A DNA stretch of 64,000 nucleotides from Bacillota bacterium (lineage in GTDB: Bacteria > Bacillota > Bacilli > Bu12), in contig JADBKH010000005.1 of NCBI GenBank assembly GCA_014896485.1, positions 7,500-71,499 on the forward strand, in the 5' to 3' direction. The notes below the pieces were generated by a model that did no database searches, had not been told where the DNA came from, and saw nothing but the letters and a program-made list of their open reading frames with translations. The translations under genes and the position numbers were made by a program. This document shows positions 20,601 through 28,711 of the stretch, in pieces. Position 1 is the stretch's first letter. Each line of letters begins with the position of its first letter.

Positions 20601-21911
20601 TCATTGTGCAGGCGGAGGTGACTCTAGGCCAGCACGTTGAAACAGATCGTCGATATGTCCCAAATACACCGCCGGATCAAAGAGCGCATCGAGCTGGTCG
20701 AGACTCAAAAAACGCTCTATTCCAGCTTCCATCAGCGTCTCCCGGAAAGGACGCTCTTGCTGCCATGCCGTCATCGCCGCTTTCTGTACCAGATCGTAGG
20801 CCTGTTCTCGGCTCAATCCGGTATCGACCAACGCCAGAAGAACCCGTTCCGAATGGTAAAGGCCTTGGGTAAGGGAAAGGTTCTTAGACATATGCTGTGT
20901 CGAGACCTCAAGTCCCGATACGATCTGCTCCATCTGCCCAAGCAGGTAATGCAGTAGGGTCGTGGCATCCGGAAGGATCACCCGCTCGACCGAAGAATGG
21001 GAGATGTCTCGCTCATGCCAAAGCACCACATCCTCCAGCGCCGAAAGTACAAAGCCACGCAATACCCTTGCCAAACCGCTCACTTGCTCGGATTGGATCG
21101 GATTGCGCTTATGGGGCATAGCCGAAGATCCCTTTTGTCCGCTGGAAAAAGGCTCCGCCACCTCCCGGACCTCGGTCTTTTGCAGCGCCCGAATCTCTGT
21201 CGCAATGCGATCCAGTCCCGTCGCTGTAAGTGCGATCGCGAAGATCAGCTGGGCATGTCGATCGCGTGCCACCACCTGGGTAGCCACCGGTTCAACGCCG
21301 ATCCCCAGATGGGAACAGACATACGCTTCGACCCGTGGATCAATATTGCCGAAGGTACCGACGGCACCGGAGAGCTTGCCAACAGCCGCCTGAGCGAAGG
21401 CATCCTGCAAACGCGCGCGATTGCGTTGGAGTTCGGTGTACCAGCCGGCCACTTTGATCCCAAACGTGATCGGTTCGGCATGAACCCCATGTGTCCGCCC
21501 GATCATCACGGTCTGTTTGTGCCGCAAGGCCAGTGTGCGCAACGCTTCCAACAGTGCCTCCAGGCGCGTGTCGATCAACGCACCGGACTCTTTGATCAAG
21601 ACCGCTTGCGCGGTATCGACCACATCGTTGCTCGTCAATCCGTAGTGCACCCAACGCCGCTCCGCACCCATCGACTCCGAAAGGGCACGCGTGAAAGCGA
21701 CGACATCATGATGGGTCTCCTGCTCCAGGGCGGCGACACGCGCTACGGTAAAATGAGCATTACGCCGCACTGCCTCTGCTTCTTCTACAGGAACGACACC
21801 CAAGCTGGCCCAAGCTTCGACGGCCAGGCACTCCACCTCGCGCCACAGTTCATACTTGTGCTGGACGCTCCACAGCTGGGCCATCTCAGGCCGGGTATAC
21901 CGTTCGATCAT
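20601..21911 (-). CDS. purB: Adenylosuccinate lyase
   Basis: MIERYTRPEM N-terminus, fumarate-lyase signature region GSSAMPHKRNP. Confidence 0.9.
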   Translation of the reverse strand: MIERYTRPEMAQLWSVQHKYELWREVECLAVEAWASLGVVPVEEAEAVRRNAHFTVARVAALEQETHHDVVAFTRALSESMGAERRWVHYGLTSNDVVDTAQAVLIKESGALIDTRLEALLEALRTLALRHKQTVMIGRTHGVHAEPITFGIKVAGWYTELQRNRARLQDAFAQAAVGKLSGAVGTFGNIDPRVEAYVCSHLGIGVEPVATQVVARDRHAQLIFAIALTATGLDRIATEIRALQKTEVREVAEPFSSGQKGSSAMPHKRNPIQSEQVSGLARVLRGFVLSALEDVVLWHERDISHSSVERVILPDATTLLHYLLGQMEQIVSGLEVSTQHMSKNLSLTQGLYHSERVLLALVDTGLSREQAYDLVQKAAMTAWQQERPFRETLMEAGIERFLSLDQLDALFDPAVYLGHIDDLFQRAGLESPPPAQ

Positions 21912-21933
21912 GAGAAAGTTTCCACCGCCGAGT

Positions 21934-22458
21934 TCATCCCCGGGTCCCTTTCCGCTGCAAGTAGCCGTCTACCCCATACGATTGCAAAAGCGCATCCTTC
22001 TCTGCCACTTCGGCAGCAAGATGTTCCCGATAGGCCACAAGACGTTCTTCCAAAGACGGGTCACCGACAGCCAAAATTTGGCAAGCTAACAATCCCGCAT
22101 TAAAGGCGCCATCGATGGCCACTGTAGCGACCGGAATCCCTTTCGGCATCTGTACTTCAGCCAGCAAGGCATCTAAGCCAAGCAACTTCCCCGAGAGTGG
22201 CACAGCAATCACGGGCAGGAGGGTGTGGGCAGCGACTACCCCAGCCAAATGAGCAGCCGCACCCGCTCCGGCAATGATGACGCGAATCCCCCGTTCTGGC
22301 GCTTTTTTCATCAAATCAGCCAATTGCTGGGGCGTACGGTGTGCCGAGAGGATGTGCACTTCGGTGGTCACCTGTAACGCAGCCGGCGCCTCAAGCGCGG
22401 CACGCATAACAGGTAGGTCGGAATCGCTACCCATCAAGACCAAGACGCGAGTTCCCAA
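21934..22458 (-). CDS. purE: 5-(carboxyamino)imidazole ribonucleotide mutase / AIR carboxylase catalytic subunit
   Basis: [14 protein letters not shown] ... [13 protein letters not shown] ... PVIAVP. Start taken at the TTG at 22458 after SD AAAGGGGG; the track ORF is extended about 36 aa upstream. No purK follows. Confidence 0.8.
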   Translation of the reverse strand: MGTRVLVLMGSDSDLPVMRAALEAPAALQVTTEVHILSAHRTPQQLADLMKKAPERGIRVIIAGAGAAAHLAGVVAAHTLLPVIAVPLSGKLLGLDALLAEVQMPKGIPVATVAIDGAFNAGLLACQILAVGDPSLEERLVAYREHLAAEVAEKDALLQSYGVDGYLQRKGTRG

Positions 22459-22500
22459 ACATATGCCCCCTTTATCCGGCAGAATAAGCGACAGATTCGC

Positions 22501-22543
22501 AAAAAATACGAACGAATGATCAAATGCTGACTTTATCGTTCGT
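22501..22543 (-). terminator. Intrinsic terminator or leader attenuator between the MATE gene and purE
   Basis: Minus-strand hairpin ACGAACGAT-14 nt loop-ATCATTCGTTCGT followed by ATTTTTT. It lies about 60 nt after the MATE stop and about 45 nt before the purE start. Confidence 0.55.
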
Positions 22544-22547
22544 CTAT

Positions 22548-22576
22548 AGCATAGAACAGCTGACATGACTCGTCAA
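22548..22576 (-). promoter_or_regulatory. Candidate sigmaA promoter of the pur operon (TTGACG -17- TATGCT)
   Basis: Sequence match only. The predicted TSS lies immediately upstream of the terminator hairpin. Confidence 0.3.
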
Positions 22577-22606
22577 ATCGAAATCCGTTTAAATGGCGCT
22601 CAAACC

Positions 22607-24025
22607 CTACACCTCGATCTGCTGCCAGCGATTTTTGCGAAAGCGAAACCAGATCAAAAGAGCCCGTACCCATTGATCGACCACAACACCCAACCAAACG
22701 CCAGAAAGTCCCATCTGAAACACCTTGACGGCCAACGTGCCGATACCCAAACGCAGCGCCCAAAGGCCGATAAAAGTCAACAGCAATGGCGCCCGCGTAT
22801 CTCCCGCACCGCGCAGGGATCCAGCGACCACCTGGTAAATGCCCAATCCAGGTTGGCTGAGTGCGGCCCAACGCAGTGCCAATGCTCCCAGGGCAATGAC
22901 ACGGGCATCCGTCGTAAAGAGGCCGACAAGCGGCACGGCAAAGAGCAAAAAAAGCAATGCGATGAGCGTCTGCAGACTTGCACTGAGCACCAAGGCAATG
23001 CGCGTCGTCTTGGCGGCCAGCGTAGCCTTGTGCGCACCCAATACCTGCCCGGTAAAGGCACTGGCTGCAACGGCAAATCCAGCCGCCAAAGGCTGACAAA
23101 GATTGGTGATGTTTACAGCAATTTGATGCGCAGCGTATGCGTCGGTGCCCAACGAAGTGACCAACCGTGCAAAGACGAGAATGCCACCAGAAAGAATCAG
23201 CTGCTCCAATCCAGCGGGAAGACCGACGTTGAGAATCCGCTGGATCAGTGGAAAATTGACGTACAACCGGTTTCGAAAGCGAACATACAACAGGAGTTTT
23301 CCAGATTGCAGCGCAACCATAAAAAGCAGCAATGCCACGAGCGTCGAAACAACCGTCGCGATTCCCGCACCGATCAACCCAAGAGGTGCAATCCCCAATC
23401 CGCCGTGGATCAACCAATAGGCCAATCCCAAATTGAGCACGCCCCTGAACGCGTTGATATACAATGGCGTGCGCGTATCTCCTGCGCCGCGCAACGCACC
23501 GGACAGACACGCGGCATCCGCCATAAACAAGGTAGAGATCAGCAGTAAACGCAGGTAGGGGGTCCCCATTGCCGCTAAAGATGAAGAAAGGCCCATAAAT
23601 TGCAAGATTTCCGAAGAAAAAGAGCACCCCAACACGAGAAGTACCAACCCTGCCAGGGTCGTAGCGATTACAGCCTGCACCGTCGCTTCGACGGCCAGCT
23701 TCTCATCTGTACCTCCCTTGGCTCGTGCCACCAAGGCCGTCGCACCGATGCCGAAAGCGAAAAAGGCCGAGACCAAAAACCAATTGATCTGACCGGCCAA
23801 TCCGACCACAGCAATGGCCTGGGGACCCAAGCCCCCGACCATCCACAGCATTGCCAACTGGATCAACCCGAAGACAAACTGTTCTCCAATCGCAGGCAAG
23901 GAGAGCTGGAGAACGGCCCGTACCAATGTACGGCGATCGGCTTGCTCGCCAAAAGAGAGCAAAGCCCGATTCCCTCTCGGTGCATCCGTTACGATTTCAT
24001 CCGTGTCAGAAGAATGTTTATCCAT
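22607..24025 (-). CDS. MATE-family multidrug/oligosaccharide efflux transporter
   Basis: 12-TM profile, 472 aa, MATE-like N-terminus (LLSFGEQADRRTLVRAVLQLSLPAIGEQ...). Confidence 0.8.
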   Translation of the reverse strand: MDKHSSDTDEIVTDAPRGNRALLSFGEQADRRTLVRAVLQLSLPAIGEQFVFGLIQLAMLWMVGGLGPQAIAVVGLAGQINWFLVSAFFAFGIGATALVARAKGGTDEKLAVEATVQAVIATTLAGLVLLVLGCSFSSEILQFMGLSSSLAAMGTPYLRLLLISTLFMADAACLSGALRGAGDTRTPLYINAFRGVLNLGLAYWLIHGGLGIAPLGLIGAGIATVVSTLVALLLFMVALQSGKLLLYVRFRNRLYVNFPLIQRILNVGLPAGLEQLILSGGILVFARLVTSLGTDAYAAHQIAVNITNLCQPLAAGFAVAASAFTGQVLGAHKATLAAKTTRIALVLSASLQTLIALLFLLFAVPLVGLFTTDARVIALGALALRWAALSQPGLGIYQVVAGSLRGAGDTRAPLLLTFIGLWALRLGIGTLAVKVFQMGLSGVWLGVVVDQWVRALLIWFRFRKNRWQQIEV

Positions 24026-24343
24026 TTTATTCCTTTCTTAAAGATTTGTTCCTTCAAGCCAGACCATCGTATCGCATCCGCATTTGTGTCAGCTTCGGAT
24101 GACAAAGGCAGTGGAGGATACTGCACCGCTTCTCATCTGTCGAATCATCCGTTGATGACCGCTTGATTCTCTTGGATCCACTTCTGGGCAGCAACTGCGG
24201 CTCCATCGCATGATCAACGCAGTTTCATGGATCAATACCCCTGCTATCTTCGTTTAAAGTATAAATAGTATCCTTGGAGAAATCCCGCACCACAAGACGC
24301 AAGGGGTGCTAAGATAACGCAGTGGTGCTAAAGGAGGGAGAAG

Positions 24344-25189
24344 GTGGCTCATCCTTCTATTCGTCTGCTCGCCGTCGATTTAGACGGCACATTGCTCCCC
24401 CAAAGCAAACAGATTCTCCCCCGAACTCGAGAGGCACTTCGCCAAGCAGTGCAAAAGGGAATCCACGTCGTCTTGGCTTCTGGACGGATGCCGGCTTCTA
24501 TCGGCGTCTACGCAGATGGGTTGGAACTCACTGATCCCTATGCTGCCCTCAACGGCGCGATCCTCGCTCAGCAGGACGGGCAACGGTTACTGCGCCTTCC
24601 CATACCCCAGCCAACGTTGGCCGACCTGCTCCGCCTCCTCAAGCAAGCTGGTCTTCCCCTCCAGCTGTACGGGGATAACCACCTGTTCATCCAAGAGCCA
24701 GATGAACACCTGCTGCGGTGGTTCAAACGCAATGCGGTCAAAACAGGAAAAAAGACGACACCTGCATTTCGCGTCACAGCACTGGGAGATGCTCTTTTCT
24801 CTGCCGAGGCCTTTCGAGAGGAGATCTACAAAATCGCTGTCTTCTCTGGCAACAAGGCAGAGGTAGAGCAACTCCATCGACAGCTCGTCCGCTTCCCGGT
24901 CACCGTGGCTTCTTCTGCCGCGCACAACCTGGAGATCACCGCACCTGCAGCAGACAAGGGCGAGGCGCTGCATTTTTTGTGCAACCACTTGCAGATCCCG
25001 CTCGAAGAAACAATGGCCATTGGGGACAATACCAACGATCTTCCCATGCTTCGAGCAGCGGGGCTGGCCATTGCCATGGGAAACGCCCCGGCTGCCGTGC
25101 GCAACGCTGCCCATTGGGTGACACAGGACTGCGAACATGACGGAGTCGCCATTGCCGTCGAGCGCTTCCTCTTTGCTCCACAGCACTGA
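24344..25189 (+). CDS. Cof-type HAD-IIB family hydrolase (sugar-phosphate phosphatase)
   Basis: LLAVDLDGTLL motif I, GDNTNDLPML motif IV. GTG start with SD AAGGAGGGAG. Confidence 0.85.
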   Translation: MAHPSIRLLAVDLDGTLLPQSKQILPRTREALRQAVQKGIHVVLASGRMPASIGVYADGLELTDPYAALNGAILAQQDGQRLLRLPIPQPTLADLLRLLKQAGLPLQLYGDNHLFIQEPDEHLLRWFKRNAVKTGKKTTPAFRVTALGDALFSAEAFREEIYKIAVFSGNKAEVEQLHRQLVRFPVTVASSAAHNLEITAPAADKGEALHFLCNHLQIPLEETMAIGDNTNDLPMLRAAGLAIAMGNAPAAVRNAAHWVTQDCEHDGVAIAVERFLFAPQH

Positions 25190-25244
25190 TCGCAAGAAAA
25201 CGCTGCCAAGCCGTCCTTTGACCCAAAGAGCGCTGGGCCACTGC

Positions 25245-25640
25245 TTAGGGACAGATCACACCCTCTTCCAGGCGCACTTCGACAACTTCAAAGCGAATGC
25301 CCCGGTGAGACCGTTTGTTCTCTTCGACCAGGATAAAAAGGCCATGGCGCATTCCGTCTTGCAAGGCCAAGGTAAGCTCAACCGGAGATCGGTCCCCAAA
25401 TTGTTGTGCAAGAGCGGCAAAGGGAAGGCGCTTTTCGGGTGCCCCACACAAAGTCTCGGTGATGGCTTGAATCAGAGGATCATGGACCTCAGCCCGTCGA
25501 CGACCACGCAGAAAGCGCCCAACCGGAAAAGGCCGATCGGGCACTTTGACCGTCTGTTCCAGGCGATCTTGCATGGGGTTTTCCAACCAGCGGTCCTGCA
25601 TCTGCCACGACTGCCAAGCCGCCACGTGCTCACCTTCCAT
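25245..25640 (-). CDS. Hypothetical protein (131 aa), immediately downstream of the purine permease
   Basis: ORF 16 nt after the permease stop on the same strand. No recognisable motifs. Confidence 0.4.
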   Translation of the reverse strand: MEGEHVAAWQSWQMQDRWLENPMQDRLEQTVKVPDRPFPVGRFLRGRRRAEVHDPLIQAITETLCGAPEKRLPFAALAQQFGDRSPVELTLALQDGMRHGLFILVEENKRSHRGIRFEVVEVRLEEGVICP

Positions 25641-25655
25641 GCGAAAACAACAGTC

Positions 25656-27026
25656 CTATATCTCGATAAAGATAAAGCGCGCGATCACCAAAAGAAAGAG
25701 CACCCACATCAACCAGTGAATCTGCTCGACCTTTTCTCCCCTTGCACGCAGAACAAGATTGCGAACGCCGTTGATGATACAGTAAGAGACGATGCCAAAG
25801 GAGACACCGTTGGCAATCGAGTAGGTAAATGGCATCATGACAATCGTCAAAAAAGCCGGTATGGCATTGCGGAGCTCGGACCAGTCGATCAAACGAACCG
25901 ACTGCATCATCAACACGCCCACCAAGATGAGGGCAGGGGCAGTAGCCGCATCCGGAATAATGCCCGCCAGTGGTGCCAGCAGCAAAGCCAGTAGAAAGAC
26001 CACCCCTGTGGTCACAGCGGTCAAACCGGTGCGGCCGCCAGCGGCGATACCCGTCGCACTTTCTACGAAGGCCGTAATCGTGCTGGTGCCCATCAGTGCA
26101 CCGAAAGAGACGCCCGATGCATCGACGAGCATCGCCCGTCCCAGACGCCGCTGCCCATCTGGTCGTTCAAGCAACCCTGCCCGTTGTGCCGTCCCAACCA
26201 AAGTCCCAAACGTGTCAAACAACTCGACAAACGTAAAGGTTGCGATCATCTCGATGATGCCGGAATCGATGGCACCACGGATGTCCAGTTTGCCTACTGC
26301 CAAATGGCTCAGGTTGGGCAGAAACTGTGGGTGCTGCAGGGCAGCCGTATTGCTCACACCGAGCGGAATGCCGATCAGTGTCGTCACCAAGATCCCGATC
26401 AGCAACGCTGCAGGTATCCGCAGCACCATCAGCAGCGCATCGAGAAAGAGTCCCACAATGCCCAGCAGCATGACCCGGTCATGAACCACATTGCCAATGC
26501 CCAAGTTCCAATCCAGATTGGGTACAATCCCTACGGCATGGGGTATCGTCAAAGAGATGCTCATGAAATTGCCAAGCTTTAAACCGATCACGGTGATGAA
26601 CAGCCCAATGCCGACAGTAATAGCATACTGAATAGCGGTTGGTACAGCGACGACCAACAATTGGCGAACGCGTGTCACTGTCAGGATGATAAAGATAATG
26701 CCTGAGATAAAGACAGCACCCAAGCCCACCTGCCAGGTGATGGCCCCATTGGAACCGAGCACGACGGTCATAAAATAGGCGTTGAGCCCCATGCCTGGCG
26801 CGAGCGCAATGGGGAAGTTTACAAATAATCCCATCGCCATGGTCACGACGCCCGCGCCAACGGCCGTGGCAAAGAAAACCGCATTGCGATCCATTCCGGT
26901 AGCACCGAGAATCGAGGGATTGACGAACAAGATATAGGCCATCGCCACGAAAGTGGTGAGGCCCGCAATCACTTCTGTCCGAATGTTGGAATTGAATTCA
27001 CTGAGATGAAACCATCGCTCCATCAC
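25656..27026 (-). CDS. pbuG: NCS2/AzgA-family purine permease (hypoxanthine/guanine/adenine)
   Basis: MMERWFHLSEFNSNIRTEVIAGLTTFVAMAYILFVNP N-terminus characteristic of AzgA/PbuG permeases; polytopic. Position after guaA matches B. subtilis synteny. Confidence 0.8.
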   Translation of the reverse strand: MMERWFHLSEFNSNIRTEVIAGLTTFVAMAYILFVNPSILGATGMDRNAVFFATAVGAGVVTMAMGLFVNFPIALAPGMGLNAYFMTVVLGSNGAITWQVGLGAVFISGIIFIILTVTRVRQLLVVAVPTAIQYAITVGIGLFITVIGLKLGNFMSISLTIPHAVGIVPNLDWNLGIGNVVHDRVMLLGIVGLFLDALLMVLRIPAALLIGILVTTLIGIPLGVSNTAALQHPQFLPNLSHLAVGKLDIRGAIDSGIIEMIATFTFVELFDTFGTLVGTAQRAGLLERPDGQRRLGRAMLVDASGVSFGALMGTSTITAFVESATGIAAGGRTGLTAVTTGVVFLLALLLAPLAGIIPDAATAPALILVGVLMMQSVRLIDWSELRNAIPAFLTIVMMPFTYSIANGVSFGIVSYCIINGVRNLVLRARGEKVEQIHWLMWVLFLLVIARFIFIEI

Positions 27027-27065
27027 GACCGGCCTGATCTCCTTCCGTTACTCTAAAACGGAGTG

Positions 27066-27095
27066 AGTGTAGCAGGTGCAGTCCGCCCTCGTCAA
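27066..27095 (-). promoter_or_regulatory. Candidate sigmaA promoter for the permease gene (TTGACG -18- TACACT)
   Basis: Sequence match only. A short leader with a small hairpin (CCGTT/AACGG) lies next to the SD. Confidence 0.3.
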
Positions 27096-27153
27096 CAAAA
27101 TTCGAACGATCCTACAAATCAATAAAACAACGTACGCATTTTCGCACACTTTT

Positions 27154-28674
27154 TTATTCCCACTCGACGGTCGCCGGTGGTTTGGTGGTGATGTCGTAGA
27201 CCACCCGACTCACCTCGGGAAGCTCGTTGCATAACCGTTGCGCAATCTTTGCGAGCAACGCAGGCGGCAGAGGGGCCCATTCCGCCGTCATCCCGTCTTG
27301 AGAGCGCACAGCACGAACGGCGATTGTCTCACCATAGGTGCGCGCATCCCCTTTAACCCCGACGCTTCGTATACCGGGCAGAACGGCAAAGTATTGCCAA
27401 AGCTGGCGATGGTATCCGCTCGCTTCGATCTCTTCTCGCACAATGGCATCGGCCTGACGGACCAGCTGAAGACGCTGTGGTGTCACAGTGCCAATGATGC
27501 GGATGGCCAATCCTGGGCCAGGAAAAGGTTGACGCCAGACCAAGGTTTCCGGCAAGCCAAGCAGCAAACCGACCTGGCGCACCTCATCTTTGAAGAGCCA
27601 ACGGAGCGGCTCGACCAGCGAGAAGTGCAGATCTTCTGGCAACCCCCCGACATTGTGATGCGATTTGATCGTGGCCGACGCACCACTCCCTGACTCAATG
27701 ACATCCGGATAGAGGGTACCTTGCACCAGGAAAGGGACCTCTCCCCATCGCTTTGCCTCCACTTCAAACGTGCGGATAAAGGCCGCTCCAATCCGTTTGC
27801 GTTTCTCTTCCGGATCTACAACTCCTTCCAACTGACGCAAAAAGCTCTCCCGCGCATCGACATAGTGCACCTCGATGTGCAGCCGAGCAAAGCTTTCCAG
27901 GACTTGGGTTGCCTCACCCTCCCGCAGCAATCCATGGTCGACAAAAATACAATGCAGCCGGTCTCCCAGGGCACGTCCGGCAACCGCTGCTGCCACAGCC
28001 GAATCGACCCCACCGGAAAGTGCGCAGATTGCTTCTTCCTGCTCGCCCACCTGAATACGTACCTGATCGACCAACTGCTGGACGACGTCTTCCAACCGCC
28101 ACTCTCCCTGGCAGTGACAAATATCCATTAGAAATCGGCGAATCAGCTGCATCCCTTTGGGTGTCTGCGAGACTTCTGGATGAAACTGAACTGCGTAGCG
28201 CTTGCGCTGTGTATCGTGCATCGCTGCGATCGGCGTCTCCTGTGTCTGCGCGTCGACGACAAAACCCGGCGGTGCCACGAGGACGCGGTCCCCATGGCTC
28301 ATCCACACGGGCTCTTCCGCCCCCCAATCGGAAAAGAGCGGCCCTCCGTGGGTGATGTGCAAGGATGCCGGTCCATACTCTGCATGCTCTCCACCCGCTA
28401 CTTTCCCCCCATAATGCTGCGCCATCAACTGCAGTCCGTAGCAGATGCCAAGAATGGGAACTTCCAACTCCCACAGCGACGGATCAGGATAGAGGGCATC
28501 TTTTGCGTAGATGCTCTTCGGCCCTCCCGACAAGATTAACCCCTTTAACGGTAGATCCCGCAGTTTCTCAACCGGGAGATCAGCCGGCAGCAGTTCACTG
28601 TAAACCCCACATTCACGAATGCGCCGACAGATCAGCTGATTGTATTGGCCTCCAAAGTCAAGCACCGCAACCAT
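27154..28674 (-). CDS. guaA: GMP synthase (glutamine-hydrolysing)
   Basis: MVAVLDFGGQYNQLICRRIRE (GATase class I) plus ATP-pyrophosphatase SGGVDSAV motif and C-terminal dimerisation domain. Start taken at the ATG at 28674; the track ORF has a 42-aa extension. Confidence 0.9.
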   Translation of the reverse strand: MVAVLDFGGQYNQLICRRIRECGVYSELLPADLPVEKLRDLPLKGLILSGGPKSIYAKDALYPDPSLWELEVPILGICYGLQLMAQHYGGKVAGGEHAEYGPASLHITHGGPLFSDWGAEEPVWMSHGDRVLVAPPGFVVDAQTQETPIAAMHDTQRKRYAVQFHPEVSQTPKGMQLIRRFLMDICHCQGEWRLEDVVQQLVDQVRIQVGEQEEAICALSGGVDSAVAAAVAGRALGDRLHCIFVDHGLLREGEATQVLESFARLHIEVHYVDARESFLRQLEGVVDPEEKRKRIGAAFIRTFEVEAKRWGEVPFLVQGTLYPDVIESGSGASATIKSHHNVGGLPEDLHFSLVEPLRWLFKDEVRQVGLLLGLPETLVWRQPFPGPGLAIRIIGTVTPQRLQLVRQADAIVREEIEASGYHRQLWQYFAVLPGIRSVGVKGDARTYGETIAVRAVRSQDGMTAEWAPLPPALLAKIAQRLCNELPEVSRVVYDITTKPPATVEWE

Positions 28675-28711
28675 CTCAGATTCAATGAAACCGCCGCCTC
28701 TCTTCTTCTGT

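Noticed and set aside
20997-22103. 368-aa plus-strand ORF opposite purB/purE
   Set aside because: Antisense shadow ORF.
22571-22590. Possible PurR PurBox (AAACGGATTTCG) upstream of the pur promoter
   Set aside because: Does not fit AWWWCCGAACWWT well (CGGATTTCG vs CCGAAC). Left as unsupported.
22533-23627. 364-aa minus-strand and 327-aa plus-strand ORFs overlapping the MATE gene
   Set aside because: Alternative frames of the MATE transporter gene; Cys/Arg-rich nonsense translations.
25137-25994. 285-aa plus-strand ORF overlapping the permease 3' end and the hypothetical gene
   Set aside because: His/Gln/Arg-rich nonsense translation, antisense to the NCS2 permease.
27101-27150. Terminator after guaA
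   Set aside because: Candidate pairing around CGTACG, flanked by A/T runs, forms too few Watson-Crick pairs to call an intrinsic terminator.
27027-27153. Guanine riboswitch expected upstream of the pbuG-like permease, and PurBox sites
   Set aside because: The leader is only about 60 nt and lacks the conserved G-box cores. Only a promoter-like TTGACG/TACACT and a small hairpin are visible.
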